Of a stretch of 32,000 bases of DNA, positions 8,669 to 18,534 are shown piece by piece. A program made the position numbers and the translations under genes. The stretch lies in assembly GCF_000009045.1 (NCBI RefSeq), contig NC_000964.3, positions 2,280,001 through 2,312,000 on the forward strand, given 5' to 3'. Each line of letters opens with the position of its first letter. Positions within the stretch are counted from its first letter, which is position 1. The notes under the pieces are model-generated. The model saw nothing but the letters and a program-made list of their open reading frames with translations. It ran no database searches and was not told where the DNA came from. This stretch comes from Bacillus subtilis subsp. subtilis str. 168. GTDB taxonomy: Bacteria; Bacillota; Bacilli; Bacillales; Bacillaceae.

Positions 8669-10006
8669 TTATTTTTCAGTAAACAGCTTCATTGCTTTCC
8701 AGCGGCCATATCTATAATACAAAAATGCCGCGCAGCTGCTAAATAAAAAACTCATTCCGATTCCAAGCCCGATTCCTTTTTGTCCAAGCCAAGCTGAAAA
8801 TAGAGCTGTGAAAGGATACCTCAACACCCAAAACGAGATCAAATTTAATACCAGAACCTGCAGCATCGCTCCCGCGGCCCTGACGATTCCGTTCAGCACA
8901 AAATTAACCCCAATAAAAGGGTAGAAAAACGCGATCCACTTCAAATATTGTTCACCAAATGCGACCGCATCAGGCTCACTGATAAATAACCTTATGAGGT
9001 ATTTACCAAATACCCAAATCATAACCGCAATCACCAGCATGCAGGAAATAACAGCTATCACACCTAGCCTTGCAATTGTTCCCACTCTTTTTTCGTTTCC
9101 GATTCCAATATTTTGCCCTGCCATACTATTGACGGCCGTACCGGCAGCCATTGCTGGAAGCGTGATGATGCTATCAAGCCGCTGCACCGCGCCAAAGCCT
9201 GATACCACGTGATCCCCGTATGAGTTAACAACACTCATAATCGCCATCATACCGCCTGTAATCACCATCATCTGCAGACCTGCCGGAATCCCGAGTTTCA
9301 AAATCAGCGCGGACTCTTCCCACTTGGGCATTCTCGGAATCGAGAATGGCACAAGCTTGTGTTTGATGACATAAAACAACCCATACAAAAACGCAATGCC
9401 CTGTGACAAAATCGTTGAATAAGCCGCTCCCGCTATTCCCATGCGGAACACAGAAATAAAGAGCGGCGCAAGCACTGTATTCAGTACAACAGCAAACGCA
9501 ATAAACCGGAGAGGTGTCTTGCTGTCGCCCAGCGCACGAAGCACAGTACTGATAAAGTTATAACCAAACAAAAATAAAATGCCGATAAATTGAATCTGTA
9601 AATACGTCTCAGCAAGCGGTATCATTGACTCCGGCGTTTTTAGAAGACGCAGCAAAAGCTCTGAGAGAAAAAAACCGGCCGCGCCGAATCCGATGCTTAG
9701 GCCTGTTAATAAAACAACAAAAGCGTTAATATACGACGCCATTCCTTTTATATCATCTTTTCCTTTTTGCTGAGATAAAATGGTTAACGTCGCATTGTTA
9801 AGGCCCAAAATAAAAGACAGCACGGTCAAAACAATCGTGCTTGATACCGCGGCTGCCCCAAGGGCCTTTGCCCCCAGTAAATTGCCGATCCACAAGCTGT
9901 CTATAAATTGAAAGGAAACCTGCAATGCGTTTCCGAGCATAATAGGCATTGAAAACAGTACAAGCTGTTTCAGCACGTTCCCCTGTGTAAAATCGTATGC
10001 TTTCAT
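8669..10006 (-). CDS. ypnP: MATE-family multidrug/efflux transporter
   Basis: Polytopic membrane protein of about 445 aa. The start is reset to MKAYDFTQGN, which is preceded by AAGGAGAAAAG. The 458-aa ORF-track start has no SD. Confidence 0.8.
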   Translation of the reverse strand: MKAYDFTQGNVLKQLVLFSMPIMLGNALQVSFQFIDSLWIGNLLGAKALGAAAVSSTIVLTVLSFILGLNNATLTILSQQKGKDDIKGMASYINAFVVLLTGLSIGFGAAGFFLSELLLRLLKTPESMIPLAETYLQIQFIGILFLFGYNFISTVLRALGDSKTPLRFIAFAVVLNTVLAPLFISVFRMGIAGAAYSTILSQGIAFLYGLFYVIKHKLVPFSIPRMPKWEESALILKLGIPAGLQMMVITGGMMAIMSVVNSYGDHVVSGFGAVQRLDSIITLPAMAAGTAVNSMAGQNIGIGNEKRVGTIARLGVIAVISCMLVIAVMIWVFGKYLIRLFISEPDAVAFGEQYLKWIAFFYPFIGVNFVLNGIVRAAGAMLQVLVLNLISFWVLRYPFTALFSAWLGQKGIGLGIGMSFLFSSCAAFLYYRYGRWKAMKLFTEK

Positions 10007-10046
10007 CTTTTCTCCTTGTGTTCTCAAATTTTCTTCGGACCACACG

Positions 10047-10078
10047 AAAAAAGAGACGTTGTTTCATGTCTCTTTTTT
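10047..10078. terminator. Terminator after ypmT (hairpin with an A-run and a T-run)
   Basis: AAAAAAGAGAC-loop-GTCTCTTTTTT. It overlaps the ypmT stop codon. Confidence 0.7.
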
Positions 10079-10272
10079 CATGACTTATCGGTTTTTTTTC
10101 GGTCTCGCATACCGAATGTAAACACCATCACACTTAGGAACAAGGCACAATAGGAAACATTCAAATACATTTGATCCATATCTTCAGCAGCCAGATGATG
10201 ATAAGCAAGCCAGCCGAAGTACAGGGAAAATGTAAAGGATAATAAACTGAAATACTGGTAAATCCGTTTCAT
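10078..10272 (-). CDS. ypmT: Small two-TM membrane protein
   Basis: 64 aa with two hydrophobic segments. RBS AGAGGTGA precedes the start. Confidence 0.65.
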   Translation of the reverse strand: MKRIYQYFSLLSFTFSLYFGWLAYHHLAAEDMDQMYLNVSYCALFLSVMVFTFGMRDRKKTDKS

Positions 10273-10284
10273 TTTCAGTCACCT

Positions 10285-10848
10285 CTATTGTTTAGGATGG
10301 TAATAGGAAAACTCAATTTCATCTTTTTCTAAATTTATCTTATCCGCTTTGACATACATTCCATTCGTTAAAGGCATTTCTGACAAACGCACTTCAATGC
10401 TTTTATCTCCGGGGTGAACATGGACAAATGACGGCAATTCATAAAAGCTGTCCATATAATTTAACACAAAGCTAATTGGTATACTCAATTTCCCTAACGA
10501 AAATTTCGTGACATTCAGCTCTACATCACCGTTTTTTTTCACGGTCGGCTCAAAAGCGATAAACGCATCAATAGACGTGGAAAATGCCTTGATTTTCCCT
10601 GCGACATGAACATCATCATCAATCTCTACTTTATAATCAAGCTTGTTTGATGCTTTGTCGTTTAAATATGAGTTAACAAACGCAGCTAATGATTCTTTTG
10701 TGCTTGTCACTTGAAATCCATACTCGCTCTCAGATGCATCTTTCACCTGAGCCTGTTCCCCCGGAAGCAAAACAAGTGCCACAAACCCGGCGGCGAGGAT
10801 AAAATTGATTGCAAGCAATATAAAAAACAGTCGCTTCCACTTATTCAT
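10285..10848 (-). CDS. ypmS: Membrane-anchored protein of unknown function (DUF2140-like)
   Basis: 187 aa with an N-terminal TM anchor (LFFILLAINFILAAGFVALVLL). It is tightly packed in the ypmQRST cluster. Confidence 0.7.
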   Translation of the reverse strand: MNKWKRLFFILLAINFILAAGFVALVLLPGEQAQVKDASESEYGFQVTSTKESLAAFVNSYLNDKASNKLDYKVEIDDDVHVAGKIKAFSTSIDAFIAFEPTVKKNGDVELNVTKFSLGKLSIPISFVLNYMDSFYELPSFVHVHPGDKSIEVRLSEMPLTNGMYVKADKINLEKDEIEFSYYHPKQ

Positions 10849-10857
10849 GCTGTCACC

Positions 10858-11625
10858 CTACTCTTTCGGTAATCCTTCTTTTTTAATGGCTTGATAGACG
10901 CGCTTTGCGATAAGAGAATAACCCGTACCATTAGGATGAAAATCATCTTCCTCAGAAATTCGGCTGCTGTCACTTTTTTGATTAAACAAATCTTCGATAT
11001 GGACGATTTTTGCATGTTTATCTTTTTTCAGCTCTTTTTCAGCAATATGGTTCCAATCCGTGACGACACCATTTATTTCATTTAGTTCTGATAATGTAAA
11101 CGTAAACGGATTGTACATGCTGACATAAATCAGCTCAGCGTGATCATTCAGCTCGCGAATTTCAGAAATGATTTTTTCAAAGCGCTTTTCGTACGGTTTT
11201 TCCGCTTCCTGAAACGGTTCAACGGTTAATTGCAGAAAGTTTTGGCGAAGGATTTTCATCAAATCATTACCGCCAATTGTAAAAAAGACATAATCTGCGT
11301 CCTTTATGCCTTTTTGAACCTTTTTATCTTTTAGTTTTTCTAATAAATCATCCGAACGGTTCCCTTTTACAGCATAATTTTTCACGTCGACCGTTTTGAC
11401 TTGTTTATCTGACCGGATAGAATCCGCCACCTTGCCGACATATCCCTTTCCGTCGGGATCTCCGACTCCTTCTGTCAGCGAATCTCCGACAGCCGCTATG
11501 ACAATGTGTTCTTTTGTTTTCGTTTCATGGGCTTTTTGTTTTCCCTCAGATGATGTACGTATGCTCGTACACGCAGTAAGAAGCAAAATCAAACTGGCCA
11601 TGATTGAAAAAATGCGCAGCTTCAA
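10858..11625 (-). CDS. ypmR: SGNH/GDSL-family hydrolase lipoprotein
   Basis: Motifs GDSLTEG, GGNDL and DDFHPN. Lipobox LLTAC. A TTG start at 11625 is preceded by GGAAGGAGC, so the ORF-track start at 11667 is unlikely. Confidence 0.8.
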   Translation of the reverse strand: MKLRIFSIMASLILLLTACTSIRTSSEGKQKAHETKTKEHIVIAAVGDSLTEGVGDPDGKGYVGKVADSIRSDKQVKTVDVKNYAVKGNRSDDLLEKLKDKKVQKGIKDADYVFFTIGGNDLMKILRQNFLQLTVEPFQEAEKPYEKRFEKIISEIRELNDHAELIYVSMYNPFTFTLSELNEINGVVTDWNHIAEKELKKDKHAKIVHIEDLFNQKSDSSRISEEDDFHPNGTGYSLIAKRVYQAIKKEGLPKE

Positions 11626-11702
11626 TCTTGTTGCTCCTTCCCATTCTACTAGTGGAAAGTGTATCATGTTTTAGAAGATTTGCAAATGCCTAGTCTCTTA
11701 GC

Positions 11703-12284
11703 TTACTTGAGTGTACTGGCTGACTTCACATCGGAAATGATATCATCGTACGGTGTATTCTCCACTCCATTGTAATCTTTCAGCACCTTACCGTCCGGAC
11801 CTACCAAATAAAAAGAAGATTGATGAATCACTTGGTCCTCTCCCTCCGGCTTCTTTACGATCGCTTTAAAGCTCTTAAGTGCGAACTCCTCAATCTCACT
11901 CTGGCTGTATCCCGTGAGAAAATCCCAGTTATCAAAAGATAATGGATAATTTGCGGCAAATTTCTTCAGCTGTTTCGGCTTATCGTTTTCTGGATCAACA
12001 CTAAATGATATGATGCGGACATCTATATTTTCGGCTTTCAGTTTTTTTTGCAGATCGGTCATATGAGCGGTCATTGGCGGACATATAGTTTCACAATTGG
12101 TAAAAATAAAATCCGCCAGCCATACTTCTCCTTTTAAACTCTCTAAAGAAACGTTCTTGCCGTCTTGGTTTTGAAATGTAAAAGGCTCCACCTCGTAATT
12201 GAGCGGATCTTTAATCTGCTGTCCTCCGCATGCACACAAAAACAGAAAAATCAGCCCAGCCGTTAACCCCTTGATAACCTTCAT
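11703..12284 (-). CDS. ypmQ: SCO1/SenC copper chaperone (cytochrome oxidase assembly) lipoprotein
   Basis: CETIC (CxxxC) thioredoxin-fold motif. Lipobox LCAC. The start is reset to MKVIKG after AAAGGA. Confidence 0.85.
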   Translation of the reverse strand: MKVIKGLTAGLIFLFLCACGGQQIKDPLNYEVEPFTFQNQDGKNVSLESLKGEVWLADFIFTNCETICPPMTAHMTDLQKKLKAENIDVRIISFSVDPENDKPKQLKKFAANYPLSFDNWDFLTGYSQSEIEEFALKSFKAIVKKPEGEDQVIHQSSFYLVGPDGKVLKDYNGVENTPYDDIISDVKSASTLK

Positions 12285-12364
12285 GACATCCATCCTTTCC
12301 AGCCAGCATAAAAACGCTTTCTAAAACCGTCCTTACTGTCCCATGTTTGTATTCGATACTGAGC

Positions 12365-12418
12365 AAAAAAAATCCTGCATGCCTCCCCATTAACGATTAC
12401 AAAGGAGGGCATGCAGGT
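12365..12418 (-). terminator. Terminator after ypmP
   Basis: On the minus strand, a CCTGCATGCCCTCC/GGAGGCATGCAGG stem with a 17-nt loop is followed by T8. Confidence 0.75.
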
Positions 12419-12431
12419 AAAAAACGGCATG

Positions 12432-12683
12432 TTACGCGTTGTGCTTTAACACCTCTTGATGAAATACAGCCTGATAATCTGCCCACTTCATCCGCCGCTT
12501 CATATAATGTCGGAAAGAATACACTTTTGCCCTGCTGTTTGATGAAAACACTTCTTTTAAGTAGAATTGCAAATGGTGATGTAACATAAAGAAATAGTGC
12601 TCATCTTCCTTTAATACAGGTATTTCTGTCACTTTCACCTGAATCCCGTCACCGCGTTTGAACTCTAGGCTTTTGAGTAACAA
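12432..12683 (-). CDS. ypmP: Small protein of unknown function (83 aa)
   Basis: A TTG start at 12683 is preceded by AGAGGA with 8-nt spacing. The longer ATG start at 12746 has no SD. Confidence 0.55.
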   Translation of the reverse strand: MLLKSLEFKRGDGIQVKVTEIPVLKEDEHYFFMLHHHLQFYLKEVFSSNSRAKVYSFRHYMKRRMKWADYQAVFHQEVLKHNA

Positions 12684-12768
12684 GCTATCAATCCTCTTTT
12701 TTGTTTTTCTTCTATTATATATGATGCCAGCCGGGCTGTCTGTCATTTTGCGCGGTTGTGTAAAAAAA

Positions 12769-14037
12769 TTAGATTAGCAAATGGAACAAGTCCTCATCCT
12801 TGTTCACCTCTACATAATGAAACGGTTTTTTGTTCATCCGTTCAATCAGCGGCCCATAATCGGCTTTGTTCTGCAGCTCGATGCCGACAAGAGCAGGTCC
12901 ATTGCTTTTATTATTTTTCTTCGTATATTCAAACCTTGTAATGTCATCATTCGGCCCGAGGACTTCGTCAAGAAATTCGCGGAGCGCCCCCGCTCTTTGT
13001 GGAAAATTGACGATAAAATAATGCTGAAGGCCTTCAAAAATCAAGGAACGCTCCTTCATTTCCTGCATTCTTCCGATATCGTTATTGCCCCCGCTTACCA
13101 CACACACCACGTTTTTCCCTTTAATTTGATCCTTGTACAAATCAAGCGCTGCGACAGAAAGAGCTCCAGCCGGTTCAGCAACAACCGCACATTCGTTATA
13201 TAATTCAAGAATGGATGTACATACTTTTCCTTCAGGCACAAGGAGAATGTCATCAACGACAGTTTCCAGCGTCCGGAAGGTTTCCTCGCCAATTTTTTTA
13301 ACAGCCGCCCCATCTACAAACTTATCAATTTTATCAAGTGTGACGACATGCCCAGCTTTGTTTGATTCAAAGTAGGATGCCGCTCCCGCCGGCTCAACAG
13401 CAATTACCTTTGTATCAGGAGACACGTTTTTCAAATATGTACCTACCCCAGAGAGAAGGCCGCCGCCTCCGACACTTGCAAAAAGAAAATGCGGTTCTGT
13501 ATCAATGTCGTTTAAAATCTCGACTGCGAGCGTTCCCTGTCCGGCCATCACATCCGGATCATCGAACGGATGGATAAACGTCCGAGATTCCGCCTCACAG
13601 CATTCAGCAGCGCTTTTATACGCGTCGTCAAACGTATCGCCTGTCAAAATAATATCGATAAATCCTTTTCCGAATAGTTCAACTTGAGATACTTTTTGTC
13701 TCGGTGTAGTAGACGGCATAAAAATTTTCCCGTGAATGCCAAGATGTTTACACGAAAATGCCACACCTTGAGCGTGGTTTCCGGCACTTGCACACACAAC
13801 TCCGTTCTCTGTCTGCTCGCTGGAAAGCTGTTTCATTTTATGATAAGCCCCTCTGAGCTTAAAAGATCTGACAACTTGCAAGTCTTCGCGTTTTAAATAG
13901 ATATTGCATTCATATCTCTCAGAAAGTCTGTCATTCCTCTGCAAAGGTGTGTGAATGACAACGTCCTTTACGTTTTGGTGAGCCTTCAAAATGTCTTTCA
14001 CTTGGATGAGAGAGTTTTCTTTAAGCAACGGTTTCAT
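12769..14037 (-). CDS. ilvA: Biosynthetic threonine dehydratase (threonine ammonia-lyase)
   Basis: 422 aa. PLP-lysine motif SFKLRGA, a GGGGL loop, and a single C-terminal ACT-like regulatory domain. Confidence 0.92.
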   Translation of the reverse strand: MKPLLKENSLIQVKDILKAHQNVKDVVIHTPLQRNDRLSERYECNIYLKREDLQVVRSFKLRGAYHKMKQLSSEQTENGVVCASAGNHAQGVAFSCKHLGIHGKIFMPSTTPRQKVSQVELFGKGFIDIILTGDTFDDAYKSAAECCEAESRTFIHPFDDPDVMAGQGTLAVEILNDIDTEPHFLFASVGGGGLLSGVGTYLKNVSPDTKVIAVEPAGAASYFESNKAGHVVTLDKIDKFVDGAAVKKIGEETFRTLETVVDDILLVPEGKVCTSILELYNECAVVAEPAGALSVAALDLYKDQIKGKNVVCVVSGGNNDIGRMQEMKERSLIFEGLQHYFIVNFPQRAGALREFLDEVLGPNDDITRFEYTKKNNKSNGPALVGIELQNKADYGPLIERMNKKPFHYVEVNKDEDLFHLLI

Positions 14038-14090
14038 GTACAGATTCCTTTCTTGTTTTAAATCCCTATTTAATATGCCATTATAACATG

Positions 14091-14105
14091 AATATTCAAA
14101 AAATA
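14091..14105. promoter_or_regulatory. CodY-box-like motif upstream of ilvA
   Basis: AATATTCAAAAAATA matches AATTTTCWGAAAATT at 12/15 positions. The surrounding DNA is AT-rich, so a chance match is plausible. Confidence 0.25.
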
Positions 14106-14285
14106 AGACAATTATTTTTATTTAATAATTAAAAAAATACAGACTATGTCCACCACATCTTGTGGTAACTTCTGTTCAACCATTATCCTGCAGAGCCAAG
14201 AAAAAAGATGATCGTAAAATAAAGGGTGTTTTCAACCAAAAGGCATGATATAATGAAACCAATTAGAACCAAAAGGAGCCAATTG

Positions 14286-15281
14286 ATGAATAGTGCACCA
14301 AAACTCAATACATTTCAACATCTAATCGGAGAACATCAAACTTTTCTGGAAGCGAAGCGAATCGCCAAGCAGTTCTCGTTATCGGAGCTTCCTGTCTTAA
14401 TAACAGGAAAAATCGGAACAGGCAAAAATCACTTCGCACATGCCATACACTTGGAATCTTCGAGAAGCAATGAACCGTTTATAAGCGTCAATTGCAGCAC
14501 CCATTCGGAAGAAACCCTTATTCATGAGCTTTTTGGCCCTAACGGAAACACAGGTGTTTTTCAAAAAGCGGTACGAGGAACCCTTTTTCTTGATGATGTA
14601 TGGCGCATGCCTGCTTCTGTACAAGCTCAGCTGTTAAAAGCGCTTGATTCAGACACGGAGAAACCGCGAATGATCTGTGCTTCTGCAGACCGATCCGTGG
14701 AACATACATTCAGGCAAGACTTATTCTACAGACTGAACATTTTAACGCTCACACTGCCCGAATTATCGGAACGAAAAAGCGATATTCCGCTTTTGACACA
14801 GCATTTTCTCTCAAATTCTGGTCAGCAATTGTTAATCGATCCCTCCGTTTTTCCCGTGCTTGAGAAGCATGCATTTGAAGGCAATGTCAGGGAATTAAAA
14901 AACGCTGCAGATTATATGGCGGCAGTATCAAGCGGGGGAACGATTCAGCCATATGACCTGCCGCCGTATATTAGAGGCACGATAGACGGAAAAACGTCGA
15001 AGAAAAAAGCGAAACTGCTTACTTTAATGGAAAAAGCTGAGTTTTTGTTTATTTTGGAAACAATAAAAGTATTGAACGAAAAAGGAGAACCTGCCAGCAG
15101 ACGGATCATTTCTGAACACAGCAAAAATACCCAAACCTCGTTAACTCCTCAGCAGGTCAGAAGCCGTCTCGACTATTTGGAGAAAAAAGATTATGTCACC
15201 AAAAGCCGCGGACGCGCAGGCACAAAAATTACCTTTGAGGGCTTGAGCTTTATAGAGACGTTAAAAAATCAAATGATCTAG
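14286..15281 (+). CDS. yplP: Atypical sigma-54-activator (bEBP) AAA+ homologue with a C-terminal winged-helix domain
   Basis: Walker A GKIGTGKN, Walker B LFLDD, R-finger region FRQDLFYRLN, and sensor II GNVRELKN. The start is reset to the ATG at 14286 after AAAAGGAG. Confidence 0.8.
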   Translation: MNSAPKLNTFQHLIGEHQTFLEAKRIAKQFSLSELPVLITGKIGTGKNHFAHAIHLESSRSNEPFISVNCSTHSEETLIHELFGPNGNTGVFQKAVRGTLFLDDVWRMPASVQAQLLKALDSDTEKPRMICASADRSVEHTFRQDLFYRLNILTLTLPELSERKSDIPLLTQHFLSNSGQQLLIDPSVFPVLEKHAFEGNVRELKNAADYMAAVSSGGTIQPYDLPPYIRGTIDGKTSKKKAKLLTLMEKAEFLFILETIKVLNEKGEPASRRIISEHSKNTQTSLTPQQVRSRLDYLEKKDYVTKSRGRAGTKITFEGLSFIETLKNQMI

Positions 15282-15301
15282 CGATCGAAAGGAGAATGTA
15301 C

Positions 15302-15943
15302 TTGTTTACAATCAAAGAAGAGATCGCCAATGCGATTACACACGGCATCGGTGTCCTCTTATCCATCCCAGCATTAGTGTTTCTAATCATATTTGCGGCT
15401 AATTACGGGTCTGCATGGGACATTGTCAGCTTTACAATATTCGGTGTCTCTATGCTGCTGTTATATTTGAGCTCCACCCTGCTTCACAGCATCACACATA
15501 AAAAAACGAAGGACATTTTGGAGATTATTGATCATAGCGCAATTTACGTACTCATCGCCGGAACCTACACGCCTTTTTTGCTTGGGCCGCTGAAAGGCAC
15601 ACTCGGCTTTACCCTGTTGGTTATCGTATGGTCACTTGCCCTAGGCGGAATCGTTTTTAAAATTTTCTTTGTGAAACGGTTTATCCTATTGTCAACCTTC
15701 GTGTATTTAGTCATGGGGTGGCTGATGATTATTGCAGTTAAACCTTTATATGCTTCACTGAGCGGAGCGGGATTCAGCCTCCTTTTTCTCGGCGGCATTT
15801 TATACTCTGTCGGAACCATCTTTTACATTTGGAAAAAGATCCCCTTCCATCACGCCATTTGGCACAGCTTTGTATTGGGCGGGAGCGCTGCCATGTTTTT
15901 CTGCGTGCTCTTCTATTGTGTAAAGGTGCCTTTCCTTTCGTAA
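15302..15943 (+). CDS. yplQ: Hemolysin III / PAQR-family 7-TM protein
   Basis: Seven hydrophobic segments. Conserved H residues (AITHGIG, LHS, IDHSAIY, HHAIWH). TTG 15302 has proper spacing from GGAG; ATG 15296 abuts the SD. Confidence 0.8.
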   Translation: MFTIKEEIANAITHGIGVLLSIPALVFLIIFAANYGSAWDIVSFTIFGVSMLLLYLSSTLLHSITHKKTKDILEIIDHSAIYVLIAGTYTPFLLGPLKGTLGFTLLVIVWSLALGGIVFKIFFVKRFILLSTFVYLVMGWLMIIAVKPLYASLSGAGFSLLFLGGILYSVGTIFYIWKKIPFHHAIWHSFVLGGSAAMFFCVLFYCVKVPFLS

Positions 15944-15952
15944 CAGTAACAG

Positions 15953-15984
15953 AAAAGCGCAGTCTTCACGACTGCGCTTTTTTA
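15953..15984. terminator. Bidirectional terminator between yplQ and ypkP
   Basis: GCGCAGTC-loop-GACTGCGC with an A-run and a T-run. It overlaps the ypkP stop. Confidence 0.85.
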
Positions 15985-16602
15985 TGCACGTAATTGTTTT
16001 TCATTGGCAGGTATATAAGCTTTTGAAAAGGACAATTCAATGTCTGCCGGTTTTAAGCGTTTAAAAAACGAGCCATTTTGCATGTTATCTGTTCCTTTCG
16101 TTTCCACCATCACCAACGGAAGATGATAGCGGGCCGCAAGTTCTACAGGATCAATAGAACCATCTAGTGAAAGAATCAGGCTTTGTCCCTTTTCCAGCTG
16201 TTTTGTCACATCTTCATATACCTTTTCTGAATCCCCGTCTGAAATCACATCCATCCGATCCAGCCATTGCCCGATAAAAGGCAAGCGGAACACTTTTGGG
16301 TTAGCGATAAAGCCGGCCGGTTCCTCAATATATCCAGCAATTAAGGCCAGTTCAGCCAAACGCAAACGGGGATGCACATACAAAACAGGACCGTGTGGTA
16401 TTGGCTCTGGCTGATGGATCGTCACAACTGAACCGGAGATGCCGATACAGCCTTCTAAAAACGCCTTTGGCTGTTCGTACACAAGAGCCATCTGTTTTTT
16501 GTATGACAGACGGGGATCGAGCATTGTTTGATTAAATAATTGTTTCATATTTTTTAACAGCATATACACAATATAAACCACTAGAAGGCTGTAGCGAACC
16601 AA
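15982..16602 (-). CDS. ypkP: PlsC-like acyltransferase homologue (degenerate motif)
   Basis: 206 aa. The TTG start immediately follows the dfrA TAA, with GGAGG 7 nt upstream. There is an N-terminal hydrophobic segment. Family assignment is from recall. Confidence 0.6.
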
Positions 16603-17109
16603 TTAAAATCCTCCCGCTTTAGAAGAATTCTTTTTTTCATACATTAGAAATTCGTAATCATACGGGTTTTTTTCGTCTTTGGTCCCCTGCTCAGAAGAAA
16701 CCAGCTTCCAATTGGATTCATCAAATTCAGGAAAGTGACGGTCACCCTCAAACTCGTGATGAATTTTCGTCATATACAGTCTGTCCGCATAAGGGAACAG
16801 GTCCGTATAGAGCTGAGCCCCTCCGATCACAAAGCATTCTTCAGGGCCTGAACAAATGTCCAGTACATCCTTTAATGAACTGACAACCGTGCATCCCTGA
16901 AATTCTGAATCCGGCGCTGAGGTAACGACAATATTTTTCCGATTTGGAAGCGGACGTCCGATCGATTCAAATGTTTTCCGGCCCATAATGATTGAATGGC
17001 CCGATGTTATTTTCTTAAAGTATGCAAGATCATTGGGCAAATGCCACGGCAAATCATTGTCTTTGCCGATAAGCCTGTTGGCATCCATCGCAAAAATGAA
17101 TGAAATCAT
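16603..17109 (-). CDS. dfrA: Dihydrofolate reductase
   Basis: 168 aa. Motifs [27 protein letters not shown] and VIGGAQLY. Its ATG overlaps the thyB TGA (ATGA). Confidence 0.92.
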   Translation of the reverse strand: MISFIFAMDANRLIGKDNDLPWHLPNDLAYFKKITSGHSIIMGRKTFESIGRPLPNRKNIVVTSAPDSEFQGCTVVSSLKDVLDICSGPEECFVIGGAQLYTDLFPYADRLYMTKIHHEFEGDRHFPEFDESNWKLVSSEQGTKDEKNPYDYEFLMYEKKNSSKAGGF

Positions 17110-17900
17110 ACGCTGACCGCCCCTTTTATATGAGGATGCGGATCATAATCCTCGATGATAAAGTCCTCAAATGCAAAGTTAAAAATAGAATCAACCTTTC
17201 TGGCGAAACGAAGCTGCGGAAGCGGTCTAACATCTCTTTCCAGCTGCAAATTGACTTGTTCAATATGATTTTGGTAAATATGAACATCACCAAACGTATG
17301 GATGAACTCGCCCGGTTCAAGCCCAGTCACATGAGCAATGATCATGGTTAGGAGGGCATAAGATGCAATATTAAACGGCACACCTAAGAAAACATCGGCA
17401 GAGCGCTGATACAGCTGACAGGACAGCTTGCCGTCAGACACATAGAATTGGAACAGGCAATGGCACGGCGGCAACGCCATTTTATCAATTTCACCAACAT
17501 TCCAGGCGCTGACGATTAAGCGTCTGGAGTTCGGATTTGTTTTAATATCTTCAATAAGACGGGAAATTTGATCAATGGTTTCTCCATCAGCTCCCCGCCA
17601 AGAACGCCATTGGGAGCCATATACAGGTCCAAGTTCACCGTTTTCATCAGCCCACTCATTCCAGATTCGCACTCCGTTTTCCTGCAGATAGCGTACATTC
17701 GTATCTCCTTTTAAGAACCACAGCAGTTCATGCGCAATTGATTTAAAGTGGAGTTTTTTAGTGGTGAGCATCGGAAAGCCTTCCCGTAAATTAAATCTCA
17801 TTTGATATCCGAAAGTGCTGATTGTTCCGGTCCCAGTCCGGTCTCCCTTTTTCTCACCATGCTCTAAAACATGTCTGCAGAAATCCTTATACTGTTTCAT
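17106..17900 (-). CDS. thyB: Thymidylate synthase (ThyA-type, B. subtilis ThyB)
   Basis: Motifs DRTGTGT and LPPCH..FQFYV. 264 aa from MKQYKDF, which is preceded by AAAGGA. Confidence 0.92.
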   Translation of the reverse strand: MKQYKDFCRHVLEHGEKKGDRTGTGTISTFGYQMRFNLREGFPMLTTKKLHFKSIAHELLWFLKGDTNVRYLQENGVRIWNEWADENGELGPVYGSQWRSWRGADGETIDQISRLIEDIKTNPNSRRLIVSAWNVGEIDKMALPPCHCLFQFYVSDGKLSCQLYQRSADVFLGVPFNIASYALLTMIIAHVTGLEPGEFIHTFGDVHIYQNHIEQVNLQLERDVRPLPQLRFARKVDSIFNFAFEDFIIEDYDPHPHIKGAVSV

Positions 17901-17944
17901 TTTTTTCATCCTTTAAAAGTAGTCTTCTAGTAGTGTAACACAAT

Positions 17945-17979
17945 AAAAAATCATTTCTGAACCCAGAAATGATTTTTTT
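17945..17979. terminator. Terminator after ypjQ
   Basis: ATCATTTCTG-aacc-CAGAAATGAT flanked by A5 and T7. Confidence 0.85.
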
Positions 17980-17983
17980 ATAG

Positions 17984-18517
17984 TCAGCTGACGACAGGCT
18001 TTTCATCCTGTTCTTTTTCTTCATCTTGCAGATCCTGATGCGTATGTGCAATTCTGCTCGCCGCTGCTGCAGCAAGAGCTGCCACAATATCATCCAAAAA
18101 GGTGTGAATACCGTCTGGACTTTCATCAAGTTCCTTAATAATTCCAATCTTCTCTTTATCCAAATAACCGAAATTGGTCAAACCGATCGACCCGTACACA
18201 TTAACGATTGAAAGCGGGATAATTTCATCTATGCCGTAAAGCGGTTCATCCGTTTCAACAAGGTGCTGCAGCGGTTCGGGGAGAAGTTTCTGTTCTGCAA
18301 GCTGATCGAGTGCAAGGCCTGTCAAAACAGCATGAATAATTTCACGTTTGTTCAGGACTTTTTCTACATTCTCCATGCAAACACTGAGCGGCAGATTTGG
18401 ATTGTATTTTTCCTGAAGTTTTTGAACAATCCGTGCAATATCTTCTATCATAACGCCCCGTTTGTTCAGCATATCCTTTGTTATATCGACCATTTCATTC
18501 ATTGTGTACTTTTTCAT
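17984..18517 (-). CDS. ypjQ: PgpA-family (phosphatidylglycerophosphatase A-like) protein
   Basis: About 177 aa from MKKYTMNEM. The ORF-track ATG at 18529 abuts the GGAG. Family assignment is from recall. Confidence 0.6.
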   Translation of the reverse strand: MKKYTMNEMVDITKDMLNKRGVMIEDIARIVQKLQEKYNPNLPLSVCMENVEKVLNKREIIHAVLTGLALDQLAEQKLLPEPLQHLVETDEPLYGIDEIIPLSIVNVYGSIGLTNFGYLDKEKIGIIKELDESPDGIHTFLDDIVAALAAAAASRIAHTHQDLQDEEKEQDEKPVVS

Positions 18518-18534
18518 GTCTAATGGCATCTCCT

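Noticed and set aside
12781-13203. 140-aa plus-strand ORF, and several ORFs of 60-80 aa (13133-13896), antisense to ilvA
   Set aside because: They lie entirely inside a well-supported conserved gene on the other strand. They have no SD and a low-complexity, odd composition. These are typical antisense shadow ORFs.
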